A DNA stretch of 64,000 nucleotides from Kineococcus sp. SYSU DK019 (GCF_050871625.1 NZ_JBJLRS010000003.1); one strand, 5' to 3'. Counted from the stretch's first letter, positions 9,653-22,205 are shown. Made by a program: numbers and translations. The notes: a model not told the origin generated them from the letters alone.

Positions 9653-10735
9653 GTGAACCCCGTCGTCCGCAGCTCATGCGGGCGACCCTGCCCCCTGGAG
9701 AGAACCGTGTCCCACTTCCCCCGCCCCCTCGCGCGCCGCACCGCCCTGGGTGCCCTGTTCGGCGGCGTCGCCCTCGGTGCCGCCGGCTGCGTGCAGGGGG
9801 AGTCCTCCACCGGAGCGGCGCCGTCCGCCGGTTCCGCGTCCGGTGGCGGGGACACCGTCCGCCTCGACTACGCGTACTACAACCCGCTGAGCCTGGTGGT
9901 GCGCCAGCAGCGGATCCTCGAGGACGCGGGCCTGACGGTGCAGTGGGAGCAGTCCCTCGGCAGCAACAAGGCCAACGAGTTCCTGCGCAACGACAACCTG
10001 GACCTGGCCTCCACCGCCGGGGCGGCCGTGCTGCAGGCCCGCTCCAACGGCCAGGCCGTGCAGACCGTCGACGTCTACTCCCAGCCGGAGTGGACCGCCC
10101 TGGTCGTCGGCGCCGACTCCACGGTGAGCGACGTGGCGGGCCTGCGCGGCAAGCGCATCGCCGCCACGACCGGCACCGACCCGTACTTCTTCCTGCGCCA
10201 GGCGCTGGACCAGGCGGGGCTGGCGGCCTCCGACGTGGAGATCGTCAACCTGCAGCACCCCGACGGCCGCGCGGCGCTGGAGCGCGGCGACGTGGACGCC
10301 TGGGCGGGCCTGGACCCGAACATGGCCGCCACCCAGCTCACCGCGGGCTCGCGCCTGCTGTACCGCAACGTGGACTTCAACACCTACGGCGTGCTCAACG
10401 CCCGCGAGGAGTTCATCGAGAGCTCCCCGGAGCTCGTGCAGCAGGTCGTCGACGCCTACGAGCAGGCGCGCGCCTGGGCGCTGGCGAACCCCGACGAGCT
10501 CGTGGCGCTGTACGCCGAGCAGGCGCAGCTGGACCCCGAGGTCGCCTCGCTGGTGCTGACCGAGCGCACCGGCCTGGACATCGACCCGGTGCCGGGCGAC
10601 GCGCAGCGCACCGTGCTGGAGGGCGTCATCCCGCTGATGGCCGCCAACGGCGACGTGCGCTCGGAGGAGGAGGCCCTCACGGCCCTCGACGGGCTGTTCG
10701 CGCCGCAGTTCGCCGAGCAGGCGGCCTCGGCGTGA
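9653..10735 (+). CDS. ABC transporter substrate-binding lipoprotein (NMT1/SsuA/TauA-like)
   Basis: Signal peptide with a lipobox LGAAGC. The translation resembles the periplasmic-binding family. The start could instead be GTG 9707. Confidence 0.75.
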   Translation: MNPVVRSSCGRPCPLERTVSHFPRPLARRTALGALFGGVALGAAGCVQGESSTGAAPSAGSASGGGDTVRLDYAYYNPLSLVVRQQRILEDAGLTVQWEQSLGSNKANEFLRNDNLDLASTAGAAVLQARSNGQAVQTVDVYSQPEWTALVVGADSTVSDVAGLRGKRIAATTGTDPYFFLRQALDQAGLAASDVEIVNLQHPDGRAALERGDVDAWAGLDPNMAATQLTAGSRLLYRNVDFNTYGVLNAREEFIESSPELVQQVVDAYEQARAWALANPDELVALYAEQAQLDPEVASLVLTERTGLDIDPVPGDAQRTVLEGVIPLMAANGDVRSEEEALTALDGLFAPQFAEQAASA

Positions 10736-11535
10736 GCGTGAGCGCGCCGGAGCGGCCGGGGGCGGTGGACGCGCCGGTCCGCCGCGCCGGTTCCGGGCGG
10801 TGGGTGCTGGGGGTGCTGGTCCCGCTGGCGCTGCTGGCGGCGTGGCAGCTGTGCTCGACCCTGGGGGTGTTCACGCGCGTGCAGCTGCCGCCGCCGGCGG
10901 ACGTGCTGCGTGCCGCGGTGGACATGTGGGGCACCGGGGAGCTGCAGCGGAACATCGCCATCAGCACCCAGCGCGTCCTGCTGGGGTTCCTGTGGGGTGC
11001 GGGGCTGGGGGTCGTGCTCGGTGGGCTGACCGGTCTGCTGCGCTCCGTCTCCGCGCTGCTGAGCCCGACGATCGGGGCGCTGCGCGCGGTGCCGTCGCTG
11101 GCCTGGGTGCCGCTGCTGGGCCTGTGGATCGGCATCGGGGAGACCCCGAAGATCGTCCTCATCGCGATCGGCGCGTTCTTCCCCGTCTACACCACGGTGC
11201 ACTCCGCGCTGAGCCACCTGGACCCCGCCCTGGTGGAGGTGGGCCGCGCCTACGGCCGCAGCGGGGTGCGGCTGTTCACCGAGATCCTGCTGCCGGCGAC
11301 CGCGCCGTCGCTGCTGTCGGGGCTGCGCCTGGCGCTGGCGCAGGCGTGGCTGTTCCTCGTGGCGGCCGAGATCCTCAACGGTGCGATGGGCCTGGGGTTC
11401 CAGCTGACGAACGGGCAGAACGTCGGGCGGACCGACCAGATGCTGCTGGCGATCATCCTGCTGGCGGTGCTGGGCAAGCTGTCCGACGTGCTGCTGGGCC
11501 TGGTGGAGCAGCGGGTCAAGCGCAACCGCAGCTGA
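10732..11535 (+). CDS. ABC transporter permease (SsuC/TauC-like)
   Basis: Six predicted transmembrane helices and an EAA-like loop. The GTG start overlaps the upstream stop (GTGA). Confidence 0.8.
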   Translation: MSVSAPERPGAVDAPVRRAGSGRWVLGVLVPLALLAAWQLCSTLGVFTRVQLPPPADVLRAAVDMWGTGELQRNIAISTQRVLLGFLWGAGLGVVLGGLTGLLRSVSALLSPTIGALRAVPSLAWVPLLGLWIGIGETPKIVLIAIGAFFPVYTTVHSALSHLDPALVEVGRAYGRSGVRLFTEILLPATAPSLLSGLRLALAQAWLFLVAAEILNGAMGLGFQLTNGQNVGRTDQMLLAIILLAVLGKLSDVLLGLVEQRVKRNRS

Positions 11536-11586
11536 GCGTCCCGGGGGGCCGTCCACCGGGAACCCGGTGGACGGCCCCCCGGTGCG

Positions 11587-12177
11587 TTGCGGTTGCCTCG
11601 GTGCGTGGACGAGACCTGGGACCTGCCCGAGCACCCGGAGCTGCGCGACGGCGACCTGCTGCTGCGCCGGCACACCTCCGCCGACCTCGACGCCGTCGTC
11701 GAGCAGTGCCGCGACGCGGACACCGTGCGGTTCACCACGGTGCCCACGCCCTACGGCCGTGCGGACGCGGAGGGTTTCGTCGCCGGGCTCGCCGCCGCGT
11801 GGGAGCGCGGCGAGGTCGCCGGGTGGGCGGTCCAGGCCGGTGGCCGCTTCGCCGGGACCGTGGACCTGCGCCACCGCCCGGCCGGCTGGGCGGAGATCGG
11901 CTTCGGCCTGGCGCCCTGGGCGCGGGGGCGCGGCACCACGACCCGCGCGGTGCGACTGGCCCTGGCGTGGGGCTTCGACGAGCTGCACCTGGCCGGCGTG
12001 CACTGGCAGGCCGTCGTCGGCAACACCGCCTCCTGGCGGGTCGCGCAGAAGTGCGGATTCCGGCGGGAGGGTGAGGTGCGCGGGTTGCTCGTGCACCGCG
12101 GTGAGCGCCTGGACGGCTGGATCGGGTCGCTGCTGGCGGGCGAGCTCGTGCGCACGGGCTCGCCCGCCGCCTCGTGA
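11587..12177 (+). CDS. GNAT family N-acetyltransferase (RimJ/RimL-like)
   Basis: Acetyl-CoA binding motif ...ARGRGTTTRAVRLAL... is seen in the translation. Confidence 0.7.
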   Translation: MRLPRCVDETWDLPEHPELRDGDLLLRRHTSADLDAVVEQCRDADTVRFTTVPTPYGRADAEGFVAGLAAAWERGEVAGWAVQAGGRFAGTVDLRHRPAGWAEIGFGLAPWARGRGTTTRAVRLALAWGFDELHLAGVHWQAVVGNTASWRVAQKCGFRREGEVRGLLVHRGERLDGWIGSLLAGELVRTGSPAAS

Positions 12178-12229
12178 ACGACCGCCCGGGCCGGTGGTCC
12201 GGGCGGCCCCCGCCGGGGGCCGACTCCCG

Positions 12230-13120
12230 TCAGGGCATCGGCATCCCGCCGGTGACGCCGATGCGCTCGCCGGTGATGTAGCTGGACTCCTGCGAGGCGA
12301 GGAACACGTAGGCGGGCGCCAGTTCCGCGGGCTGGCCGGCGCGGCCCAGGGGGGTCTCGCTGCCGAAGGAGCCGACCTGCTCGGCGGGCATCGTGGCCGG
12401 GATGAGCGGGGTCCAGATCGGTCCCGGGGCGACGCAGTTGACGCGGACGCCCTTCTCGCCCAGCTCCTGCGCCAGGTTCTTGGTGAAGTTCACCAGCGCC
12501 GCCTTCGTGGAGGCGTAGTCCAGCAGCGACGGCGAGGGCTGGTACGCCTGGATCGAGACGGTGTTGATGATGCTGGAACCGGGCTGCAGGTGCGGCACCG
12601 CGGCCTTGCACAGCCAGAACGTCGCGAACACGTTCGTCGTGTAGGTGCGCAGCAGCTGCTCGGTGCTCAGGTCCTCGATGCCGCCGACGGCCATCTGGTA
12701 GGCGGCGTTGTTCACCAGCACGTCGAGGCCGCCGAGCTCGTCGACGGCGCGCTGGACGACCTGCCGGCAGAACTCCTCCTCGCGCAGGTCGCCGGGCACG
12801 CTGACGCCCTTGCGCCCGGCGGCCTCGACCAGCGCGACGGTCTCGTCGGCGTCGGCCTGCTCCTCGGGCAGGTGGACGATCACGACGTCGGCGCCCTCGC
12901 GGGCGTAGGCGAGGGCGACCGCGCGGCCGATGCCGGAGTCGCCGCCGGTGATGAGCGCGCGCTTGCCGGTGAGCCGGCCGCTGCCGCGGTACGTGTCCTG
13001 CCCGTAGTCCGGCGGCGGGTCCACCTGCCCCTCCAGGCCGGGGTGCGGGATCGACTGCTCCGGCTGGGACCGCGGGTGCTGGGTCGTCGGGTCGGTGGGG
13101 GTGCTCTGGTCGGGTGCCAT
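12230..13120 (-). CDS. SDR family oxidoreductase
   Basis: TGGDSGIGRA Rossmann motif, NNAA, and YxxxK implied by the fold. Confidence 0.85.
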   Translation of the reverse strand: MAPDQSTPTDPTTQHPRSQPEQSIPHPGLEGQVDPPPDYGQDTYRGSGRLTGKRALITGGDSGIGRAVALAYAREGADVVIVHLPEEQADADETVALVEAAGRKGVSVPGDLREEEFCRQVVQRAVDELGGLDVLVNNAAYQMAVGGIEDLSTEQLLRTYTTNVFATFWLCKAAVPHLQPGSSIINTVSIQAYQPSPSLLDYASTKAALVNFTKNLAQELGEKGVRVNCVAPGPIWTPLIPATMPAEQVGSFGSETPLGRAGQPAELAPAYVFLASQESSYITGERIGVTGGMPMP

Positions 13121-13382
13121 GCCCGGTCCCTACCCGCGGTGGGGATCCGCCACACCGCGTGGCGCGCGTCCGTGCCGCGTGCCCGCCGGTCGTGTCGTCT
13201 TGTCCGGCGGCCCGATCGGGGAGACGCTGCTGAACAGCGAGACCACGGTCTGGCTCGAGGACGAGGCAGGCACCACCCGCGGACCCGGCGGGCGGACCGG
13301 GCCGTGCGGGGCGACCCTCCGCGCGGCCCCGCAGGACCCGCGGGCGACGGTGCCCGCGGCAGCCAGGAGGAGGGACGACGAC

Positions 13383-14708
13383 GTGCCACCCACCGCGCCA
13401 CCCACCGCGCCACCCACCGTGCCAACCGCCCTGCGGGACGTTGGGCCCCTGAGCCGGCGCTCGCTGCTGACCGCCGGGGCCGGCGCCCTCGCGTTCGGGG
13501 CAGTCGGCTGCGGGTCCTCCGCCGGCACCGGCGGGCGCGAGGAGGTCCGCTTCTTCCAGAACAAGCCGGAGGTCATCGCCTACTTCGGGGACCTCGTGGC
13601 GGAGTTCAACGCCTCGCAGTCCGGGGTGCTCGCCGTCCACGACTCCTCCCAGACGGCGCTGGTGCCCCAGTTCGTGCGCGGCGCACCGCCGGACCTGGCG
13701 GCGTGGAACTACACCCTCGAGGTCGGCAACTACGTCTCGACCGGGGTGCTCACGGACCTGTCGGACCTGCCCGAGGCGCAGCGCGTCGACCCCAAGTACC
13801 AGGTGCTGGTCGACCAGTTCGCCACCAACGAGGGCGAGACGAACGTGCTGCCCTACTCCGTCGCCTCGGCGGGGGTGATCTACAACGCGCGGCTGTTCGA
13901 GAACAACGGCGTGGCCGTGCCGCAGACGTGGAGCGAGCTCGTGCAGGCGTGCGAGACCTTCCGGGCCGCAGGGGTCACGCCCGTCTACAGCACCTTCCAG
14001 GAGGTGTGGACCATCCAGCAGGGCCTGTTCGACTACTGCACCGGCAGCGCCCTGGACGTGGCCGCCTTCTTCGCCGACCTGCGCGCCCTGGGGGCGGACG
14101 CCGGCCCCGAGGAGGAGGTGTCGTTCTCGAACGTCTTCGCCGAGCCGGTCGAGAAGATGCTGCAGCTGGCCTCCTACTCCAACCCCGACGCGGCCAGCCG
14201 CGCCTACGCCGACGGCAACCTGGCGTTCGGCCGCGGTGAGGCGGCCATGTACCTGCAGGGCCCGTGGGCGCTGGGCGAGGTCGCCAAGGTGGACCCCGAC
14301 CTGCCGGTGGGCACGTTCCCGCTGCCGATGGGCGACGAGCCCGGCCAGGCCGCCGCCCGGGTCAACCTCGACCTCGCCCTGTGGATCCCCGAGGCCTCCG
14401 GGCACCAGGCCGCGGCGCGCGAGTTCCTGCAGTGGCTCATGCGCGACGAGGTCATCGCCCGCTACAACGCCGACAACCTGGCGACCTCACCGCTGCTGGG
14501 CGCCGCCCCCCTGCGGGACCCGCGCCTGGTCGGCCTGCAGCCCGCGCTGGACGCCGGGCGCATCTACCAGGGCGCCAACACCTACATCCCGCTGACGATC
14601 CCGGTCGGCAACTACCTGCAGGAGGCCGTGCGCTCCGGGGACGGCGAGCGCCTGCTGCGCCGCATCGACGAGGACTGGGCGCGGCTGGCGACCCGCTCGG
14701 CCGCCTGA
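13383..14708 (+). CDS. Sugar ABC transporter substrate-binding lipoprotein (family 1 SBP)
   Basis: N-terminus SRRSLLTAGAGALAFGAVGC (lipobox). The start was trimmed to GTG because the longer ORF overlaps the convergent SDR gene. Confidence 0.7.
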   Translation: MPPTAPPTAPPTVPTALRDVGPLSRRSLLTAGAGALAFGAVGCGSSAGTGGREEVRFFQNKPEVIAYFGDLVAEFNASQSGVLAVHDSSQTALVPQFVRGAPPDLAAWNYTLEVGNYVSTGVLTDLSDLPEAQRVDPKYQVLVDQFATNEGETNVLPYSVASAGVIYNARLFENNGVAVPQTWSELVQACETFRAAGVTPVYSTFQEVWTIQQGLFDYCTGSALDVAAFFADLRALGADAGPEEEVSFSNVFAEPVEKMLQLASYSNPDAASRAYADGNLAFGRGEAAMYLQGPWALGEVAKVDPDLPVGTFPLPMGDEPGQAAARVNLDLALWIPEASGHQAAAREFLQWLMRDEVIARYNADNLATSPLLGAAPLRDPRLVGLQPALDAGRIYQGANTYIPLTIPVGNYLQEAVRSGDGERLLRRIDEDWARLATRSAA

Positions 14709-14735
14709 GCGCCGCCGCAGAGCGAAGGAGATCTC

Positions 14736-15689
14736 GTGGCCACCACCTCACCGCACCGCTCCCGGAGCGGGCGCCGCGCCGCCGGCGGCGCGCACTCCGA
14801 CGTCGCCGTCGTGCGGAGCCGCGCCCCGCGCCGCCGCGTCGACGCCGTGTCCTACCTGTTCCTGCTGCCGGCGCTGGCCCTGTTCACCCTGTTCATCGTG
14901 CTGCCCGCCCTGGTCGGCGCGGTCATCAGCCTCACCGACTACGTCGGGTACGGCGAGTGGGAGTTCATCGGGCTCGCCAACTACGCCGTGCTGTTCACCG
15001 ACCCCAACGTCCGGCACGCCTACGGCTTCACCCTGGGCTTCTCGGTCGTCACGGTGCTCCTGGTCAACGTCCTGGCCCTGGCCCTGGCGCTGGGCCTGAG
15101 CGCGAAGATCAAGCTGAAGACGGCGCTGCGCGGGGTGTTCTTCATCCCCATGGTGGTCTCCGGCATCGTCATCGCCTTCGTCTTCAACTACCTCCTGTCC
15201 ACCTCCCTGCCCGCGCTGGGCGCCGCGCTGGGCATCGGGTGGCTGCGGGAGAGCGTCCTGGCCAACCCCGACCTGGCGTGGGTGGGCGTCGTGGTGGTGA
15301 CCGCCTGGCAAGCCGTGCCCAGTGCGCTGATCATCTACCTGGCCGGCCTGCTGGCGGTGCCGGAGGAGGTCTACGAGGCCGCCGCCCTGGACGGTGCCGG
15401 CGCCTGGCGCAGGTTCACCTCGATCACCCTGCCGCTGGTCGCCGGGTACGTCGTCATCAACACCGTGCTGGGGTTCAAGAACTTCCTCAACGCCTACGAC
15501 ATCATCGTCGGCCTGACCGACGGTGGCCCGGGGACGGCGACCCGCAGCGTGGCCATGACGATCTTCACCGGCTTCACCAACGGCGACTACGCCTACCAGA
15601 TGGCCAACGCGGTGGTCTTCTTCGTCCTCGCCGTGGTCATCTCCGTCCTGCAGCTGCAGATCATCCGCCGCCGAGGAGTGTCGCTCTGA
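14736..15689 (+). CDS. Sugar ABC transporter permease (MalF/UgpA-like)
   Basis: Six transmembrane segments and an EAA motif region (AAALDGAGAW). RBS gaaggag lies upstream. Confidence 0.85.
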   Translation: MATTSPHRSRSGRRAAGGAHSDVAVVRSRAPRRRVDAVSYLFLLPALALFTLFIVLPALVGAVISLTDYVGYGEWEFIGLANYAVLFTDPNVRHAYGFTLGFSVVTVLLVNVLALALALGLSAKIKLKTALRGVFFIPMVVSGIVIAFVFNYLLSTSLPALGAALGIGWLRESVLANPDLAWVGVVVVTAWQAVPSALIIYLAGLLAVPEEVYEAAALDGAGAWRRFTSITLPLVAGYVVINTVLGFKNFLNAYDIIVGLTDGGPGTATRSVAMTIFTGFTNGDYAYQMANAVVFFVLAVVISVLQLQIIRRRGVSL

Positions 15690-16573
15690 TGGTCACCGCC
15701 GACCCCGCCACCGTCGCCGCGGTCTCCCGCGGGAACCGCCGCGGCTCCACCCCCCTGCGCGGGTGCGGCTGGGGCCTGACCGCGCTGCTGGCCCTGGCGT
15801 CCCTGGCGGTCCTGGTGCCCTTGTACTTCGCCGTCGTCATGGCGTTCAAGACGCCCGAGCAGGCCGTCGCCGGCACCGGCTTCGCCCCGCCGTGGCCGCT
15901 GAACTGGGCCAGCTTCGCCGACGCCTGGACGCTGACGGGTTTCCCGCGGGCCTTCGCCGTCTCGGTGCTGGTCAGCGTCGTCAGCGTCGCCGGGTGCCTG
16001 CTGCTGGCGTCGTGGGCCTCCTACGCGATCGTGCGCAACTGGGACCGCCGGCTGTTCCGGTACTCCTACTTCTACCTGCTGGCCGCCATGTTCATCCCCT
16101 TCCCCGTGGTGGCGCTGCCGCAGGTCAAGCTCACCGCGGTGCTCGCGCTGGACAACCCCGTCGGCGTCGCGCTGCTGCACGTGATGTTCCAGCTGTCCTT
16201 CAGCGTGCTGCTGTACTCGGCGTTCCTGCGCTCCATCCCCCTGGAGCTGGAGGAGAGCGCCCGCATGGACGGGGCGAGCACCTGGCAGGTGTTCTGGCGG
16301 GTCGTCTTCCCGCTGCTGGCCCCCATGAACGCCACGGTCGGCATCTTCGCCTTCCTGGCCAGCTGGAACGACTTCATGATGCCCTCGCTCATCACCGCCG
16401 ACCAGACGCTGCAGACGATCCCCGTCGTCCAGAAGATCTTCCAGCTGGCGTTCTCCACCGACTACAACGTGGCCTTCGCCTCCTACCTGATGGCGATGGC
16501 CCCCACGATCCTCGTCTACGTGTTCGCCCAGCGCTGGGTGATGAGCGGGGTCACCCGCGGGGCGATCAAGTGA
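15689..16573 (+). CDS. Sugar ABC transporter permease (MalG/UgpE-like)
   Basis: EESARMDGAS EAA loop. The ATG overlaps the upstream stop (ATGA at 15687-15691). Confidence 0.85.
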   Translation: MVTADPATVAAVSRGNRRGSTPLRGCGWGLTALLALASLAVLVPLYFAVVMAFKTPEQAVAGTGFAPPWPLNWASFADAWTLTGFPRAFAVSVLVSVVSVAGCLLLASWASYAIVRNWDRRLFRYSYFYLLAAMFIPFPVVALPQVKLTAVLALDNPVGVALLHVMFQLSFSVLLYSAFLRSIPLELEESARMDGASTWQVFWRVVFPLLAPMNATVGIFAFLASWNDFMMPSLITADQTLQTIPVVQKIFQLAFSTDYNVAFASYLMAMAPTILVYVFAQRWVMSGVTRGAIK

Positions 16574-16630
16574 GACCGGCCGCGGCGGCCTCGGGGTGCC
16601 GGGGGAGGGGGGCCGGTGCACTGTGGGGGC

Positions 16631-16798
16631 ATGAGCGAACCGACCACCGACCCCATCGACCCCGACGGCGACCCGGGTGAGCTGAACCCGCGCGACCTGC
16701 GGGGCGTGCAGACCGGCGACGGGGCCGCGCAGGACCCCGGCGCCGAGGACGACCCCGACGGCGACCCGCAGCAGCTCAACCCCCGCGACGACCGCTGA
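16631..16798 (+). CDS. Hypothetical small acidic protein (55 aa) with an internal DPDGDPxxLNPRD duplication
   Basis: ATG lies after a GGGGG stretch. Two 15-aa repeats are present. A perfect hairpin follows immediately downstream. Confidence 0.3.
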   Translation: MSEPTTDPIDPDGDPGELNPRDLRGVQTGDGAAQDPGAEDDPDGDPQQLNPRDDR

Positions 16799-16804
16799 CG
16801 CCCC

Positions 16805-16839
16805 GCACCGCCCGGGCCGGCCACCGGCCCGGGCGGTGC
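16805..16839 (+). terminator. Perfect 15-bp stem / 4-nt loop GC hairpin (factor-independent terminator candidate, no U-tract)
   Basis: gcaccgcccgggccgg-ccac-cggcccgggcggtgc is seen directly in the sequence. Confidence 0.5.
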
Positions 16840-17029
16840 GGCGCCGCCGGCTCGTCCCGCCCCCCGCGTGGACGAGGCGGGCGCCGGGCGCGTACGGTGC
16901 TGCCGTGGCTCGCTGGGAGACCCTCCTCCTTCGTCGCCGCGGCGGGGCCAGCTAGGCCGGTCTCCCCGTCGCGGGGCTTCGTCGTGCACGCCGGCCGAGC
17001 ACACCCCGGTCCCGCGTAGAGGAGCTTGA

Positions 17030-18769
<1,740 letters not shown>

Positions 18770-18923
18770 GGCGCCCGGCCCGCCGCGGCGCGCGGCGGGC
18801 CGGGGAGCGCCCCGGGGTCGTCGAACGCGAACCGTTCGGCCCTTCCGGCTGCGCAGCGCCCGCTCACGGTTAGGATCAGTCACCATCCGTGCTCGACCGC
18901 GCGGGGGACAGGGGGCGATCGAC

Positions 18924-20525
18924 GTGGGCAGCGCTGCAGCCGCGGCCGGGCCGACCGGGCGGGAGCTGGAGCCGTCCGGGCCGTTCGGGCCGTTCGACGC
19001 CCTCGCCGAGGAGGCGCACCGCCTCTACCTGGACGGCTACGGCGAGCGGGCCGTGCAGGCCGCGCGCGAGGGCCTGGTGCTCTGCGAGGCCGCCGGTGAC
19101 GAGCGCACCGCGCGGTACCTGCAGTTCATCTGCTGCGTCGCCCTGCAGCAGCTCGGCCGCGCCGCCGAGGCCGCTGCGGAGGCCGGTCACCTGCTGCAGC
19201 GCCTGGGCCCGCGCGCCGACCCGGTCTGGCGCGCCAAGGCCCTGTCGCTGCTGGCCGAGGCCCGCGTCGACCTGGGCATGACGGCCCTGGCGATGGACCA
19301 CCTGGCCGAGGCGCAGCTCATCGTCACCGCCCAGCCCGTGCGCACCTACGACCACCTGTCGGCCACCATGTCGGTGGCCCTGGCGCTGCGCGCGCTGGCG
19401 CTGTTCGAGCCGGCCGACGAGCTCACCGAGCTGATGCTCTCGCTGACCTTCCCCCCGGCTCGGGTGCGCCTGAACGTCGTGCAGGAGGCCGCCGTCCTGG
19501 AGGTGTCCTGGGGCGCGATGCTCGACGTCGTCGGCCGCTCGGGCGAGACCGGGCCGCACTACGCGCGGGCGCTCGGGCACGCCGCCCGGATGCGCTCGCT
19601 GGCGCAGGAGGTCGGCTACCCGGAGATGCGCGCCCGCGCCGACGCCATCGAGGGGTTCGTGCTGCACCGCACCGGTGAGCCGGCCCTGGCCGCCGCGCGC
19701 CTGCGCGTGGCCGCCGCCGCCTTCCGCCAGCGGGAGGAGCTGGTGGAGACCCAGATCGCGCGGGTGGGCCTGGCGATGTCGCTGTCCGCCGAGGGCGACC
19801 TGGACGGGGCCCGGGAACTGCTGCTGGCCGTGCAGCGCACCTCCTCCAGCACCCAGCTGGACGTGTGGGGCCTGACCGCCCTGAAGGTGCGCGCCGACAA
19901 CGCCGTGCGCCACCACGGCGGCCACGAGGCCGCCGACGCCCTCGCCGAACTGGCGCGCATCTCCCTGTCGCGGCTGTGGGAGGACCGCGAGAGCCGGTTC
20001 GAGGCGCTGCAGGACCGCATCCGCCAGCACGAGATGGCCGAGCAGAACGAGCGGCAGGGCCGCGCCGCCCTGACCGACCCCATGACCGGTCTGGGCAACC
20101 GGCGGCGCCTGCAGCAGGTCCTGGAGCGGCCCGACCAGCGCTACAGCGCCGTGCTCGTCGACCTGGACGGGTTGCGCGCGGCCAACGACGAGCACGGCCC
20201 GGAGGTCGGGGACGCGGTGCTGCGGCGCGTGGCCGCGCTGCTGGTGGAGAGCTGCCGCGAGGACGACGTGCTGGTGCGCTACGGGGGCGACGAGTTCGTC
20301 GTGCTGCTGCCCGCCGACCGCCCGGGTCCGGCGCCCGTCCTCGTCGCCGAGCGGCTGCTGGCGGCGGTGCGGCAGGAACCGTGGGCGCACCTCGCTCCCG
20401 GGCTGCGGATGAGCGCGTCCGTGGGGGTGGCCGGGCCCGCCCCGGCGGCCGAGGCCCTGGCGGCCGCCGACGCGGCGTGCACGCGAGCCCGGCGCACCGG
20501 CGGCGACCGCATCGAGCTCGCCTGA
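18924..20525 (+). CDS. GGDEF-domain diguanylate cyclase with a long N-terminal helical (TPR-like) domain
   Basis: An intact RYGGDEF active site and a DxLTGLGNRR region. The N-terminal 350 aa are helical repeats. Confidence 0.8.
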   Translation: MGSAAAAAGPTGRELEPSGPFGPFDALAEEAHRLYLDGYGERAVQAAREGLVLCEAAGDERTARYLQFICCVALQQLGRAAEAAAEAGHLLQRLGPRADPVWRAKALSLLAEARVDLGMTALAMDHLAEAQLIVTAQPVRTYDHLSATMSVALALRALALFEPADELTELMLSLTFPPARVRLNVVQEAAVLEVSWGAMLDVVGRSGETGPHYARALGHAARMRSLAQEVGYPEMRARADAIEGFVLHRTGEPALAAARLRVAAAAFRQREELVETQIARVGLAMSLSAEGDLDGARELLLAVQRTSSSTQLDVWGLTALKVRADNAVRHHGGHEAADALAELARISLSRLWEDRESRFEALQDRIRQHEMAEQNERQGRAALTDPMTGLGNRRRLQQVLERPDQRYSAVLVDLDGLRAANDEHGPEVGDAVLRRVAALLVESCREDDVLVRYGGDEFVVLLPADRPGPAPVLVAERLLAAVRQEPWAHLAPGLRMSASVGVAGPAPAAEALAAADAACTRARRTGGDRIELA

Positions 20526-20580
20526 CGCGCGGGCACCGGCGCTGCGCCGCCGTGTCGGTGCCGGGGCCTACGCTGCCCGG

Positions 20581-21330
20581 GTGAGTGGGATCGGGGGGCC
20601 GCGCAGCTACCGCGACGACGCCGTCGTGCTGCGCACCGCCAAGCTCGGCGAGGCCGACCGCGTCATCACCCTGCTGACCCGCCACCACGGCCGGGTGCGG
20701 GCCGTGGCCAAGGGGGTGCGCCGCACCTCCTCGCGCTTCGGTGCGCGCCTGGAGCCGTTCACGTGCGTGGACGCGCAGCTGCACCGCGGCCGCTCCCTCG
20801 ACATCGTCACGCAGGTGGACGTCCTGGCCCCGCTGGGTGCGGTGATCGCCGCCGACTACGGCCTCTACACCGCCGGGCACGCCCTGCTGGAGACGGCCGA
20901 GCGGTTCACCGAGGTGGAGGGGGAGAGCAACACCCAGCAGTACCTGCTGCTGGTGGGGGCGCTGCGCACCCTGGCCCGCGGCGAGCACGCCGCCACCATG
21001 GTCCTGGACGCCTTCCTCCTGCGGTCCCTCGCCGTGGCCGGCTACGCCGCCAGCTTCGCCGACTGCGCGCGCTGCGGCGAGCCGGGCCCGCACCGCGCGT
21101 TCAACGTGGCCGCCGGCGGGGCGGTGTGCCCGGCGTGCCGCCCGCCCGGCTCGGCCGCCCCCGACCCGCGCACCCTGGAACTGCTGGCCGCGCTGCTGAC
21201 GGGCGACTGGGACACCGCCGACGCCAGCGACCAGCGCTGCCGCGACGAGGGCAGCGGGCTGGTCGCCGCGTTCCTGCAGTGGCACCTGGAGCGGGGCATC
21301 CGCTCCCTGGAGCACGTCGAGCGGGTCTGA
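20581..21330 (+). CDS. recO: DNA repair protein RecO
   Basis: RecO N-terminal OB fold and a C-terminal Cys motif CARCG...CPAC. Confidence 0.85.
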   Translation: MSGIGGPRSYRDDAVVLRTAKLGEADRVITLLTRHHGRVRAVAKGVRRTSSRFGARLEPFTCVDAQLHRGRSLDIVTQVDVLAPLGAVIAADYGLYTAGHALLETAERFTEVEGESNTQQYLLLVGALRTLARGEHAATMVLDAFLLRSLAVAGYAASFADCARCGEPGPHRAFNVAAGGAVCPACRPPGSAAPDPRTLELLAALLTGDWDTADASDQRCRDEGSGLVAAFLQWHLERGIRSLEHVERV

Positions 21331-21368
21331 GCGAGCGCACCGGCGCACCCGTGCGAAGCTCGGGCCTC

Positions 21369-22205
21369 GTGAGCACCCCCGCACGACGCACCCTCGGGCG
21401 CCGCGCCGCGGCCCCCGCCCCCCGCGCCGTCCAGGCGCCCCCGCCGCACCCCTCCGGCGCCCGCCCCCCGCAGCTGCCGCCGGAGCTGGTGCCCCGGCAC
21501 GTGGCGATCGTCATGGACGGCAACGGCCGCTGGGCCAACGCGCGCGGGCTGCCGCGCAACGAGGGCCACAAGCGCGGCGAGGCGTCGCTGCTGGACGTGG
21601 TCGCCGGCGCCATCGAGATCGGCGTCACCCACGTCTCGGCGTGGGCGTTCTCCACGGAGAACTGGAAGCGCAGCCCCGAGGAGGTGCGCTTCCTCATGGG
21701 CTTCAACCGCGACGTCATCCGGCGCCGCCGCGACGAGATGCACTCCTGGGGCGTGCGGGTGCGCTGGGCCGGGCGCCGCCCGCGCCTGTGGCGCAGCGTC
21801 ATCGACGAGCTGGAGGCCGCCGAGGAGCTGACCAGGGACAACACCGTCTGCACCCTGACGATGTGCGTGAACTACGGAGGGCGCGCCGAGATCGCCGACG
21901 CCGCCCGCGCCATCGCCCGCGAGGTCGCCGCCGGCCGCATCAACCCCGACCGGGTGGACGAGCGCACCGTGGCGCGCTTCCTCGACGAGCCCGACATGCC
22001 CGACGTGGACCTCTTCTGGCGCTCCTCCGGCGAGCAGCGCACCTCCGGGTTCCTGCCCTGGCAGTCCGCGTACGCCGAGATGGTCTTCTCCGACGTGCTG
22101 TGGCCGGACGTGGACCGCCGCGCCCTGTGGGCGGCGATCCAGACCTACGCCGAGCGCGACCGCCGCTACGGCGGCGCCGTCGACGCGCCGGGAGCGGCAC
22201 CGTGA
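21369..22205 (+). CDS. uppS: Isoprenyl transferase / undecaprenyl-diphosphate synthase
   Basis: [13 protein letters not shown] and ENWKR motifs. As in mycobacteria, uppS follows recO. Confidence 0.85.
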   Translation: MSTPARRTLGRRAAAPAPRAVQAPPPHPSGARPPQLPPELVPRHVAIVMDGNGRWANARGLPRNEGHKRGEASLLDVVAGAIEIGVTHVSAWAFSTENWKRSPEEVRFLMGFNRDVIRRRRDEMHSWGVRVRWAGRRPRLWRSVIDELEAAEELTRDNTVCTLTMCVNYGGRAEIADAARAIAREVAAGRINPDRVDERTVARFLDEPDMPDVDLFWRSSGEQRTSGFLPWQSAYAEMVFSDVLWPDVDRRALWAAIQTYAERDRRYGGAVDAPGAAP

